From NCBI GenBank assembly GCA_041662585.1, contig JBAZSG010000005.1:68181-132180 (forward strand): a stretch of 64,000 nucleotides of DNA, in the 5' to 3' direction. Source of the DNA: Patescibacteria group bacterium (GTDB lineage: Bacteria > Patescibacteriota > Patescibacteriia > UBA1558 > GWA2-36-10). Below the pieces are notes generated by a model that did not search any database, was not told where the DNA came from, and saw only the letters and a program-made list of their open reading frames with translations. The position numbers and the translations under genes are program-made. Shown here one piece after another: positions 47,887 through 57,595 of the stretch; the stretch's first letter is position 1; each line of letters begins with the position of its first letter.

Positions 47887-48867
47887 GTGAAAAATAAAAA
47901 TATAATTTCAAAATTAAAAACAGCTGATTTGCGTGGTAGAGGTGGGGCTGATTTTCCTACATACTTAAAATGGCAAATAATGGCTGATACTGTTTCGAGT
48001 CAGAAATATATAGTAGCCAATGGCAGTGAAGGAGAACCGAATGTTCTAAAAGATGGATATATTTTAAAAAATTATCCAGAATTATTGGTAGAGGGATTAA
48101 AAATTGCTTTAGACACTTTTAAAGGGTCTAGGGCTTTTATTTTTTTGCGACGTGACTACTATAAAAAATATAAAAAGAAACTAGAAAAATTAATTGGTAA
48201 AATGCCTATTACTGTTTTTAGAGAACATGGTGGTTATTTGTCAGGGGAAGAAACTGTACTTTGTGAAGAGATAGAAAAAAATTTACCAGCTCGTCCTAGA
48301 ACTAGACCGCCATTTCCAGGCCAAGCTGGTGTCTATGGATTGCCAACACTCATAAATAATGTTGAGACTTTTTATTATGTGGCTAAAATAGCTAGAGGGG
48401 AATATAAAAAAACTAGACTATATAGCATTACAGGTAAAGTACCTTATAAAGGAGTATTTGAATTACCAGTAAACATGGCTATTAAACAAATTTTAGCTGA
48501 GACTAAAAATACACCAGAGTTTGATTATTTTGTCCAAATCGGTGGAGGAGCCAGTGGTGATGTATTATTATCATCTGAAACCAACAAATTAGTAAATGGT
48601 AGTGGAGCAATTGTGGTTTATGACAAAGAGCAAACAGATCCTTGGGTATTGATGCATACTTGGATTGATTTTTTTATGCGAGAAAATTGTGACAAATGTA
48701 CTCCTTGTCGGGAAGGAACATATAGAATCCTAGAGATGATAAGAGACAGGAAATTTGATAAAAAAATACTTGAAGATTTATTTTTCGTTTTAGAAAATAC
48801 TAGTTATTGTGCATTAGGTAGATCTATACCACTTCCATTTAGATCAGCTATTAAGAAGTTGTTATAA
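47887..48867 (+). CDS. NuoF/HydB-like flavin (diaphorase) subunit, compact
   Basis: LRGRGGADFP, NGSEGEP, GEET, NNVET, CDKCTPCREG...CALG. Confidence 0.88.
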   Translation: MKNKNIISKLKTADLRGRGGADFPTYLKWQIMADTVSSQKYIVANGSEGEPNVLKDGYILKNYPELLVEGLKIALDTFKGSRAFIFLRRDYYKKYKKKLEKLIGKMPITVFREHGGYLSGEETVLCEEIEKNLPARPRTRPPFPGQAGVYGLPTLINNVETFYYVAKIARGEYKKTRLYSITGKVPYKGVFELPVNMAIKQILAETKNTPEFDYFVQIGGGASGDVLLSSETNKLVNGSGAIVVYDKEQTDPWVLMHTWIDFFMRENCDKCTPCREGTYRILEMIRDRKFDKKILEDLFFVLENTSYCALGRSIPLPFRSAIKKLL

Positions 48868-48870
48868 TAA

Positions 48871-48936
48871 TTGCTCCTAGTCTAAGCTATCGTTAACGGC
48901 CTTCGCCTAATCACTCTTAGCTTAGACTACTCGCAA
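48871..48936 (-). repeat. Structured intergenic element, family B copy 2
   Basis: Similar to 26592-26657 with compensatory changes. Confidence 0.85.
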
Positions 48937-48953
48937 TAAAAATATAATATAAA

Positions 48954-50678
48954 ATGACCAAGAAAGTTAATATCTATATCAACAACAAGCAATATACTGC
49001 CAATCAAGGACAAAGTGTTTTGGATGTGGCCAAAGCAAATAATATTGAAATCACTACTTTGTGTCATCATCCAGATATAAAAATTCAAGGCTCTTGTAGG
49101 TTGTGTTTGGTTGAAATAAAAGGGAAAAAAGGATTGTTTACAGCTTGTACCACCAAAGTAGAAGATGACATGAGAGTAGTGACTGATTCCAAAGATATAG
49201 CCAGAGCCAAGCAGATAAATTTAGAATTAATATTTGCTGAGCATTGTGAAGAATGTAATGATTGTATCTATAATCAAAACTGTACTATCAAAGAATATGC
49301 CAAAAAATTTAATGTGAAAATTACAAAATATAGTGATAGAAAAAAGGGTTATCCTGTACACAAATTTGGTCCATCTTTGCAATTTGATACTTCCAAATGT
49401 ATTGATTGTGGTTTGTGTGTAGATATTTGTAAAAAAGAAGGAGTAGATTTTTTGGAGTTTAAGAAAAATAGAAAATTTTATGAAGTATGCCCATCTGCCA
49501 AAAAAGATAAGGACTGTATTTATTGTGGTCAGTGTTTGACCCATTGTCCAGTCGGAGCCTTTGAGGGAGTAGGAGAATTTGAAGATATTGATAAATATAT
49601 AAAGGCCAAAGGAAAAACAGTGGTTTTTCAGTTTGCTCCATCTATACGTTCTACCATTGGTGAAGAATTTGGGATGCCTATCGGGTCTGTGGTTACTGGC
49701 AAGCTAGTCGCCGCTATAAAAGCTTTGGGAATAGAACATGTTTTTGATGTTTCTGTTGGAGCGGATATTACTACCATAGAAGAAGCTAGCGAACTTATAG
49801 ACAGAATAAAAAAAGACACAGCACTACCAATGTTTACATCATGTTGTCCAGCTTGGGTAAAATATGTAGAGTTTTTTCGTCCCGACATGATACCAAATCT
49901 TACTACTGTCAGGTCTCCACAAGTTATCATGGGAGGACTTATCAAAACATATTGGGCCAAAGAAATGAAAATAAATCCCAAAGATATTATAGTAGTTGGT
50001 ATTATGCCTTGTGTAGCCAAAAAATATGAGATAGAGAGATCTCAAAATAAAATAAATGGTATGAAGGCTGTTGATCAAGTAATGACCACTAGAGAGTTGG
50101 CTCATTTGCTTCGTAAGAAAAAAATAGATTTAAAAACCATAAAGCCAGAAGTAGCTCGGTCACCACTTTTAAAACCTAGTGGGGCTGGAGTAATCTATGG
50201 TGCCTCTGGTGGCGTGATGGAATCAGCTCTGAGAGCAGCTTATAAGATGATGACTGCCAAGTCTATGCCAAAATTGCAATTGGAAGAAGTCAGAGGTATA
50301 CAAGGATTTAAAAAAGCTAAAATAAAAGTAGCCAATAAGACTATCAAAGTAGGAGTAGTAAATGGCATTGCCAATGCCAAGAAAATATTGGCCGAATTGG
50401 AAAAAGATCCACATGCTTATGATTATGTAGAAGTGATGGCTTGTTTTGGTGGGTGTATTGGAGGAGGAGGACAACCAGTACCAGTAAATGATGAGATAAG
50501 AAAAAAACGTTCAGCTGGTTTATATAATGTAGATAATAAACAAACAATTCGTAGTGCAGAAGAAAATCCAATTATCAAAAAATTGTATAAAGAATTTTTT
50601 AATAATCATCAAAACACACATAGTGTTTGTCATACTAGTTTTATAAAAAAGAAAAAAGAAGTTTATCCATCCAAATAA
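48954..50678 (+). CDS. hydA: [FeFe]-hydrogenase group A catalytic subunit
   Basis: 2Fe-2S and 4Fe-4S Cys motifs; H-cluster motifs TSCCPAW, MPCVAKKYE, EVMACFGGCIGGGGQP. Confidence 0.93.
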   Translation: MTKKVNIYINNKQYTANQGQSVLDVAKANNIEITTLCHHPDIKIQGSCRLCLVEIKGKKGLFTACTTKVEDDMRVVTDSKDIARAKQINLELIFAEHCEECNDCIYNQNCTIKEYAKKFNVKITKYSDRKKGYPVHKFGPSLQFDTSKCIDCGLCVDICKKEGVDFLEFKKNRKFYEVCPSAKKDKDCIYCGQCLTHCPVGAFEGVGEFEDIDKYIKAKGKTVVFQFAPSIRSTIGEEFGMPIGSVVTGKLVAAIKALGIEHVFDVSVGADITTIEEASELIDRIKKDTALPMFTSCCPAWVKYVEFFRPDMIPNLTTVRSPQVIMGGLIKTYWAKEMKINPKDIIVVGIMPCVAKKYEIERSQNKINGMKAVDQVMTTRELAHLLRKKKIDLKTIKPEVARSPLLKPSGAGVIYGASGGVMESALRAAYKMMTAKSMPKLQLEEVRGIQGFKKAKIKVANKTIKVGVVNGIANAKKILAELEKDPHAYDYVEVMACFGGCIGGGGQPVPVNDEIRKKRSAGLYNVDNKQTIRSAEENPIIKKLYKEFFNNHQNTHSVCHTSFIKKKKEVYPSK

Positions 50679-50692
50679 TTAATCATAAATAT

Positions 50693-51205
50693 ATGGCTTT
50701 AGCACAAACATTAACTTGGGATAAAACAAAGACCATAACGGCTGTTCAATTTTTAACATTACTTAGTATTGCTACCATTGCTCCTTTATTTCATCAGCAA
50801 TGGCTGACTGGACCAATAGTCAATGCTATGTTTTTGATAGCAGTGGTTTTATTGGGTAGTCAAAATGCAATATTGTTGGCTTTGCTACCTAGTACCATTG
50901 CCTTGGGAGTTGGTTTGCTTCCAGCAGTATTAGCACCGATGATACCTTTTATTATTATCTCCAATGTAACTTTTATTTTGGGTTTTCATTATCTTAGAGA
51001 AAAGAATTTTTGGTTGGCTGTAGCAGTAGCCAGTGTTTTAAAATTTGCGTTTCTTTGGGCTACCAGTTTTGTGGTTATAAGTTTGCTTCTCAAAAAAGAA
51101 TTGGCAACCAATGTTTCAGCGGTCATGAGCTGGCCACAACTCGCCACAGCACTTATAGGTGGTTTACTGGCTTATATATTTCTCAAGAAGATAAAAAAAA
51201 TTTAG
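50693..51205 (+). CDS. ECF S-component-like membrane protein
   Basis: About 6 TM, TGPIVNA, WPQLATALIGG. Confidence 0.6.
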   Translation: MALAQTLTWDKTKTITAVQFLTLLSIATIAPLFHQQWLTGPIVNAMFLIAVVLLGSQNAILLALLPSTIALGVGLLPAVLAPMIPFIIISNVTFILGFHYLREKNFWLAVAVASVLKFAFLWATSFVVISLLLKKELATNVSAVMSWPQLATALIGGLLAYIFLKKIKKI

Positions 51206-51314
51206 TTGCTATAAATTTAAAAGGCCAATAGCTTAATTGGTCTTTTTATGATTGACAAAAACACTTATTTATGTTAATTTAGGCGAACAAATTTTGAATA
51301 ATTAATTTATTAAT

Positions 51315-52925
51315 ATGAATAAGAAATTTATTTATTTAAGTCTACTAATGATTATGATTTTGGCTGTTTCTGGCTGTGTTAAGACAGACGAAACAACAGA
51401 TAATATAGAAGTAAAGAAAAAAGTACAAATTCAAGAAATTGTACAAGACAAGGAAGTAAATTCTAAGTTGCTACTTAGTGCCACGGTTGTGCCAAAAGAA
51501 TATAGTCTTATCAGGTCTCTTACTCCTGGTACATTAGAGTTTTTGGCTCCTATTGGCTCACAGGTTTATGCTGGTCAGCCACTTTTTTCTATTAGAGATG
51601 CGGGGGTTGAAAATAATTATTTTAATACTTTACAAAATTTTCAACAGACTCAAATTACTAGTAATCAGCGTGTCCAACAAGCTGAGCTAGCATTAAATAG
51701 TGCCAAAGCTAGGTTAGATTTAGCTAGAACTCAATATGATACTAATATTTCTCAAACTCAACAGGCTATAATTACAGCAGAGGATGCAGTTACTTTATCC
51801 TATAATTCTGCTTATAATAGTATTTATCAAATTTTGATAAATTATAATAGTAGAAATTTAGATAATCCTAGTTATACTTTGAAAGATGTTTTATCTAGCA
51901 ATCAATCTTTGAAGTCAGATACAACATTTTTATTTATAATTGCAGTCAATGATTTTCAAAATTTATCAAATACAGCTAATAAAGACAACTTACCACAATC
52001 TTTAGCAGATATATATAAAAGTTTATTGAGTACTAAAAAATTTGTAGATAGTACAGCTATTTTATTACAAAGTGCCATTGTCAATGAAAATTATTTAGCA
52101 ACAGCTATTGCTATAGATAAAAGTACAAATAGCAATTATCAAAGTATTATTAATACACATTTGAGTTCTATTATTGCTGGTATTAGTAATTTAGAAAATA
52201 CTAGCATCAACAATAAAATTTCTAATAATAATGCGCAAGCTCAATTGGATTTGGCAGAGATAGAATATAATAATTTAGAAATAGCCTTACAAAATGCCAA
52301 AGATGGTGCAATACTTGAACAAAGTATGTCTCAATCACAGCTTGATTCAGCTGCTTATAATTATAATAATCTTACTTTGGCTTCTCCTTTTTCGGGTACA
52401 ATATTATCTCATTTTGTTGGTGTTGGAGAGCAAGTTGGTATTGGTCAAGAGTTGGTTGAAATTGGTAATTTGTCTATTGTTGAAATAACAGTGGATGTTG
52501 ATGTTGATTTTGCCAAAGCTATAAAACTTGGTGATCAAGTAATGATTGATGGGCAGTATAAAGGTGTGGTGACAGCCATTGATCCAATTGGTGATTTGAA
52601 GAGTGGGAAGGTCAGTGTGACTGTTCAAAGTCAAGAAGCAGGGGCTGGTCTAGTAGCTGGTTCTACAGCTGAAGTAGAATTTTCATTATTATATACAGAT
52701 GTCAATACTATAGTTGTTCCTATAAAATCGGTGACTATAGAATCTTCTGGCAATTATGTTTTTGTAGTAAACAATGAAAATAAAGTAGTCAGAAAAAATG
52801 TCAATCTTGGTCAAATATATGGTGATAAAGTTTCTGTGCTTAGTGGTTTAGAAGAGGGTGATAAGTTGATACTTTTGAATGGAGTTTTTGTATCTGTTGA
52901 TGATGAAGTAGAAATTGTAAATTAA
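51315..52925 (+). CDS. RND efflux membrane-fusion (adaptor) lipoprotein
   Basis: Lipobox VSGC, long coiled coil, SPFSG, SGLEEGD. Confidence 0.85.
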   Translation: MNKKFIYLSLLMIMILAVSGCVKTDETTDNIEVKKKVQIQEIVQDKEVNSKLLLSATVVPKEYSLIRSLTPGTLEFLAPIGSQVYAGQPLFSIRDAGVENNYFNTLQNFQQTQITSNQRVQQAELALNSAKARLDLARTQYDTNISQTQQAIITAEDAVTLSYNSAYNSIYQILINYNSRNLDNPSYTLKDVLSSNQSLKSDTTFLFIIAVNDFQNLSNTANKDNLPQSLADIYKSLLSTKKFVDSTAILLQSAIVNENYLATAIAIDKSTNSNYQSIINTHLSSIIAGISNLENTSINNKISNNNAQAQLDLAEIEYNNLEIALQNAKDGAILEQSMSQSQLDSAAYNYNNLTLASPFSGTILSHFVGVGEQVGIGQELVEIGNLSIVEITVDVDVDFAKAIKLGDQVMIDGQYKGVVTAIDPIGDLKSGKVSVTVQSQEAGAGLVAGSTAEVEFSLLYTDVNTIVVPIKSVTIESSGNYVFVVNNENKVVRKNVNLGQIYGDKVSVLSGLEEGDKLILLNGVFVSVDDEVEIVN

Positions 52926-52929
52926 ATAC

Positions 52930-55900
52930 ATGACAGGATTTAAAAAAGATTATCATGCCGATAAGGCAATAAAAAGAATAAGAGGTACTATTTTTGGTTA
53001 TTTTATTACTCATTTTAGAATAGTTACTTTGATTATTGCTGCTATTTTTTTATTGGGTATTTTTTCTTTGATGAATCTTCCTCGTGAATCTGATCCGGAA
53101 GTAAAAATCCCAATTGCTATAGTATCTACATATTATGCTGGAGCTAGTCCAGCAGATGTGGAGAGTCTTATTACTGACGAGATAGAAAACAAACTAGAAG
53201 AGTTAGATGATGTAAAACTTATTACCTCATCTTCTCGCACAAGTTTATCCTCTATAGTGGTGGAATTTGAAGCTAGTGCTGATTTGGAGGCGAGTATTTC
53301 AGAATTAAAAGATAAAGTAGGAGATGTAGTAGGACTCCCTGGAGAAGCAGAAGATCCAGTAGTTACTCAGATTAGAGCTAATGATTTTGCTATTATTACT
53401 TTTTCTCTGTCAGGTGATTTGACTGAGACTCAGCTTAAAATACTAGGAGAGACTGTCCAACATGAATTGGAATCAATATCCGGTGTGTCAAAAGTGCCGG
53501 TTTTGGGTATTCGCGATAAAGAATATTCAGTTTTGGTAAATAGAGCAGCTTTATCTCGTCTTAATATATCTATATCTAGTATTGTTGGAGCGATTCGAGT
53601 AGCCAATTTGGATATGCCACTGGGAGATATAGTAGTAGATGGTATAAATTATAATTTACGTACAGTAGCAAAATTTCAATCTATTGATGATTTGAAAAAT
53701 ACAGTAGTGACTCAAAGTGATGGTAATTTAGTATTATTAAAAGATGTAGCTGAAGTAAAAGAACAATTTGAAGATCATGAGTTTATTTCTCGTATGTCTG
53801 TTTCAGGAACAAAAGCTCAAAATACAGTATCTCTTCAGGTTTTCAAAAAAACAGGTGGTAATATATTGGATATTGTAGATTCTGCCAAAGACAGAATAAA
53901 AAAATTACAAGACGATAAAATAATTCCAGCCAATGTTAAAGTAGAAATAAACAATGACTATTCTAGTTTTATTCGTGATGATTTAAACACTCTAGGAAGT
54001 AGTGGATTACAATCAACAATGCTTATCTTTGTCATCATGTTTATTGCCTTGTCCTTTAAAGAAGCTCTAATAGCCTTGTTTGCTATCCCAATGACTTTTT
54101 TTATTACTTTTATTGTATTATATTTTACAGATTCTACTTTAAATAGTATGACCCTTTATGCCTTAGTGTTGTCATTAGGGTTATTGGTTGATAGTTTTAT
54201 TATTATCTTAGAAGGTATTTTTCATAATATTCGTGAAGGTTATAGTGCAGTCAAAGCAGGGCTCTTGTCGGTAGCCAATTATAGCAAGCCACTTACATCA
54301 GGTATGCTTACTACTGTTGCTGCTTTTTTTCCAATGCTACTAGTCAGTGGTATATTGGGTGAATATTTGAGAATTTTTCCTATTACTATCGCTATAGTAC
54401 TCTTATCTTCACTTTTTGTATCTTTGATTTTGGTGCCATCATTTTCTAGTAAATTTTTGGCCAAGAGCAAAATTGATGTAGAAATGAAAGAAAGCATTTT
54501 GGAGCGTTATGCAACCAATAAGTTGAGGAAAATATACAGAAACAAGATTACCAAGTTTCTACAAAATAAAAAAGCCAAGTTGAAATTTAGTTTTGCTATT
54601 ACTGGATTATTTATTGCTTCTTTGGGCTTGTTGATTTTTGGTATTGTACCAGTAGAACTATTTCCCAAAATAGATACAAACTTTGTCTATATTGACATTG
54701 AAATGCCTATTGGGACTGAGCTTGATAAAACAGCTGAGGTAGCGACTCAAGTAGAAGAAAAATTTTATAGTAAACCATATATCAAAAATTTTGTTACTAC
54801 TATTGGTCAGTCTTCTAGCATTGGCGCTTTTGAGGCTGGTAGCAGTAGTGAACATCTTGCTTCAATCAGTATAAATTTGGTAGATGAAGAATTGAGAGAT
54901 AAAAAAAGTTTTGAAATAACCGAACAACTAAGAGAAGAATTAAAAGAAATAAACCAAGGAGAAATAACTATTCAAGAACTTAGTGCTGGCCCACCAACTG
55001 GATCACCTATAGAGGCTCGTATTTTGGGAGAAGATTTGGTTATATTGGATGATTTGGCCAATAAGACAAAACAAGTACTTAAAAATATTGAAGGCACTCT
55101 AAATATTGATAGTGATCAAGAAGTTTCTCCAGCTGATCTTACTTTTACCTTAAATAAAGACACCATTGCTCGTTTGGGACTAACAGTAAGTGATGTATCG
55201 CTGGCTTTGAGAACGGCTATTTTTGGTGTGACAGCTACAGAAGTTTCTTTAAATGGGGATGATTTTAATGTAGTAGTAAAATTGGATAAAGACAAAATAT
55301 CTTCAGTAGAGGAGATAAAAAACTTATCACTAGTAAATAATTTTGGACAAGAAATAAAGTTTTCATCTTTAGCTAATTTTTCTTTAGAGCCAGCTTTGGC
55401 CTCTATACGACATCGTGATAATCAGAGGACTATATCTGTGAGTTCTGATGTTGAAGTAGGTTATACAGCTAGTGATATAGTATCTCAAGCAGAAAAAAAT
55501 CTTGATGCCATAGGTATACCAAATGGTTATAGTATCAGTTTTGGAGGTGAAGTAGAAGATATTGAACAATCATTTACAGAGCTTTGGTATGCTATGATAG
55601 TAGCTGTTATACTGATTGCTTTGATATTGGTATTACAATTTGATTCTTATATTAGACCAATTATAGTAATGATGAATATACCACTGATGTTGATTGGTGT
55701 GGTGTTTGGAATGTTAATATTTGATTTACCATTTTCTTTTCCAGTATTTTTGGGACTTATATCTTTAGCTGGTATAGTCGTTAATGATGCTATAGTTTTG
55801 ATGGACAAAACCAAGCGTAATATAGAAGAAAGAAATATGAATTCTTTGGAAGCAGTAGCTGATGCAGGAGATACTAGGCTTCAGCCAATACTTCTTACTT

Positions 55901-56106
55901 CTGTTACTACTATTATGGGTGTGGTACCATTAGCTTTTGCTAGTGAGTTTTGGGTAGGACTTTCTGTATCTATTATCTTTGGACTACTTTTTGCTACTAT
56001 ATTTCAGTTATTTGTAGTGCCAATGTTATTTCTCAGATTTGAGGGAAGACGTATTGATAGAAAAAAAGCTGAAGCAGAAAAATCAAAAATTGAATATCAA
56101 AAATAA
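52930..56106 (+). CDS. AcrB-family RND permease
   Basis: LGLLVDS, GIVVNDAIV, RLQPILLTS. Confidence 0.93.
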   Translation: MTGFKKDYHADKAIKRIRGTIFGYFITHFRIVTLIIAAIFLLGIFSLMNLPRESDPEVKIPIAIVSTYYAGASPADVESLITDEIENKLEELDDVKLITSSSRTSLSSIVVEFEASADLEASISELKDKVGDVVGLPGEAEDPVVTQIRANDFAIITFSLSGDLTETQLKILGETVQHELESISGVSKVPVLGIRDKEYSVLVNRAALSRLNISISSIVGAIRVANLDMPLGDIVVDGINYNLRTVAKFQSIDDLKNTVVTQSDGNLVLLKDVAEVKEQFEDHEFISRMSVSGTKAQNTVSLQVFKKTGGNILDIVDSAKDRIKKLQDDKIIPANVKVEINNDYSSFIRDDLNTLGSSGLQSTMLIFVIMFIALSFKEALIALFAIPMTFFITFIVLYFTDSTLNSMTLYALVLSLGLLVDSFIIILEGIFHNIREGYSAVKAGLLSVANYSKPLTSGMLTTVAAFFPMLLVSGILGEYLRIFPITIAIVLLSSLFVSLILVPSFSSKFLAKSKIDVEMKESILERYATNKLRKIYRNKITKFLQNKKAKLKFSFAITGLFIASLGLLIFGIVPVELFPKIDTNFVYIDIEMPIGTELDKTAEVATQVEEKFYSKPYIKNFVTTIGQSSSIGAFEAGSSSEHLASISINLVDEELRDKKSFEITEQLREELKEINQGEITIQELSAGPPTGSPIEARILGEDLVILDDLANKTKQVLKNIEGTLNIDSDQEVSPADLTFTLNKDTIARLGLTVSDVSLALRTAIFGVTATEVSLNGDDFNVVVKLDKDKISSVEEIKNLSLVNNFGQEIKFSSLANFSLEPALASIRHRDNQRTISVSSDVEVGYTASDIVSQAEKNLDAIGIPNGYSISFGGEVEDIEQSFTELWYAMIVAVILIALILVLQFDSYIRPIIVMMNIPLMLIGVVFGMLIFDLPFSFPVFLGLISLAGIVVNDAIVLMDKTKRNIEERNMNSLEAVADAGDTRLQPILLTSVTTIMGVVPLAFASEFWVGLSVSIIFGLLFATIFQLFVVPMLFLRFEGRRIDRKKAEAEKSKIEYQK

Positions 56107-56198
56107 TAAATTTCCGGTTTAACCGGGAATTTTATTTATTTCAAAACTTGTAAAATTTAATAATTTTAGGTATTATTTAGGCTAGTTAATATATATTT

Positions 56199-57488
56199 AT
56201 GGAAAATATTTTTATCAAAAATTTAAAAGATTATGTAGATAAAGAGGTGCTTATCAATGGATGGGTAGCCAATTTTCGCTCTTCTGGAAAGATTGCTTTT
56301 TGGCAAATAAGAGATGGTAGTGGTGTTGCGCAAGCGATATTAAATACCAATGATCTTTCAGAAGCTAAATGGACCGAAGCACAAAAAGTCACTTTGGAAA
56401 CTTCAGTAAAATTGATTGCCAAAGTAGCCAAGCATCCCAAAAAAGATGAATATGAGCTTCAGGTGCTTGATTTTGAATATTATCAAATAGCTGATGAGTA
56501 TCCAATTGCCAACAAAGAGCATGGTGTAGATTTTTTGATGGACAACAGACACTTGTGGCTTAGATCAAGCAAGCAAATCGCTATTTTGAAAATCAGAGAC
56601 ACTATTACTCAGGCTATTTATGATTTTATGGCTAAAAATGATTTTATAAAGATAGATGCTCCAATACTTACTCCCAATGCCTGTGAGGGTACTACTGAGT
56701 TGTTTGAGATAGATTATTTTGATGAAAAAGCTTATTTATCACAAAGTGGGCAGCTATATATTGAGTCAGCTATTTTTGCTCATAATCGAGTCTTTGATTT
56801 TGGTCCAGTATTTAGAGCTGAAAAATCAAAAACTCGTCGTCATTTGACTGAATTTTGGATGATGGATGCTGAGATGGCTTTTACCAATCTGGATGATAAT
56901 ATAGCCATCCAGGAGGCTTTGGTGCGTCATCTGGTCAAAAGTGTTTTGGAAAAAAATAAAACAGAATTAGAAATATTAGAGAGAGATACAAAACCTTTGG
57001 AAAATATCAGCAAGCCTTTTCATAGAATAAAACATAGTGAAGCCATCAAGCTGTTGCAAAAAATGGGCAGCGATATCAAAGATGGAGATGATTTGGGAGC
57101 AGATGATGAAACAATACTGACCAAAGAATTTGACAATCCTTTATTTGTAACCAATTATCCAGCCAAGATCAAAGCTTTTTATATGAAACGCAACAGTGAT
57201 GATGATTCTTTGGCAGAGTGTAGTGATTTACTTGCTCCCGAAGGCTATGGAGAAATCATCGGTGGTTCTCAAAGGGAAGATGATTATAATATATTATTAG
57301 AGAGGATAAAAAAAGAAAAACTTTCTTTGGCAGATTTTCAATGGTACTTGGATTTGCGTAAATATGGTTCAGTACCTCATGGGGGATTTGGTTTGGGACT
57401 AGAGAGAACAGTAGCTTGGATTTGTGGTATAAAGCATGTCAGAGAAACTATACCATTTCCAAGAACAATAAATAGATTAAAACCATAA
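56199..57488 (+). CDS. asnS: Asparagine--tRNA ligase
   Basis: RHLWLR, LSQSGQLY, FRAEKS, IIGGSQRE, GFGLGLER. Confidence 0.95.
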   Translation: MENIFIKNLKDYVDKEVLINGWVANFRSSGKIAFWQIRDGSGVAQAILNTNDLSEAKWTEAQKVTLETSVKLIAKVAKHPKKDEYELQVLDFEYYQIADEYPIANKEHGVDFLMDNRHLWLRSSKQIAILKIRDTITQAIYDFMAKNDFIKIDAPILTPNACEGTTELFEIDYFDEKAYLSQSGQLYIESAIFAHNRVFDFGPVFRAEKSKTRRHLTEFWMMDAEMAFTNLDDNIAIQEALVRHLVKSVLEKNKTELEILERDTKPLENISKPFHRIKHSEAIKLLQKMGSDIKDGDDLGADDETILTKEFDNPLFVTNYPAKIKAFYMKRNSDDDSLAECSDLLAPEGYGEIIGGSQREDDYNILLERIKKEKLSLADFQWYLDLRKYGSVPHGGFGLGLERTVAWICGIKHVRETIPFPRTINRLKP

Positions 57489-57507
57489 TTTGGCCGATGG
57501 ACTTTGC

Positions 57508-57583
57508 GCCGACTTAGCTCATCTGGTAGAGCGATGGTATCGTAAACCATAGGTGATCGGTTCAAGTCCGATAGTCGGCTCCA
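57508..57583 (+). tRNA. tRNA-Thr(CGT)
   Basis: gccgact/agtcggc acceptor, atggt-atCGTaa-accat, GTTCAA, CCA. Confidence 0.88.
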
Positions 57584-57595
57584 ATTATAAAATAT

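Noticed and set aside
56107-56198. T-box or leader peptide upstream of asnS
   Set aside because: The region is short and holds only a terminator and promoter; no T-box motif or uORF seen
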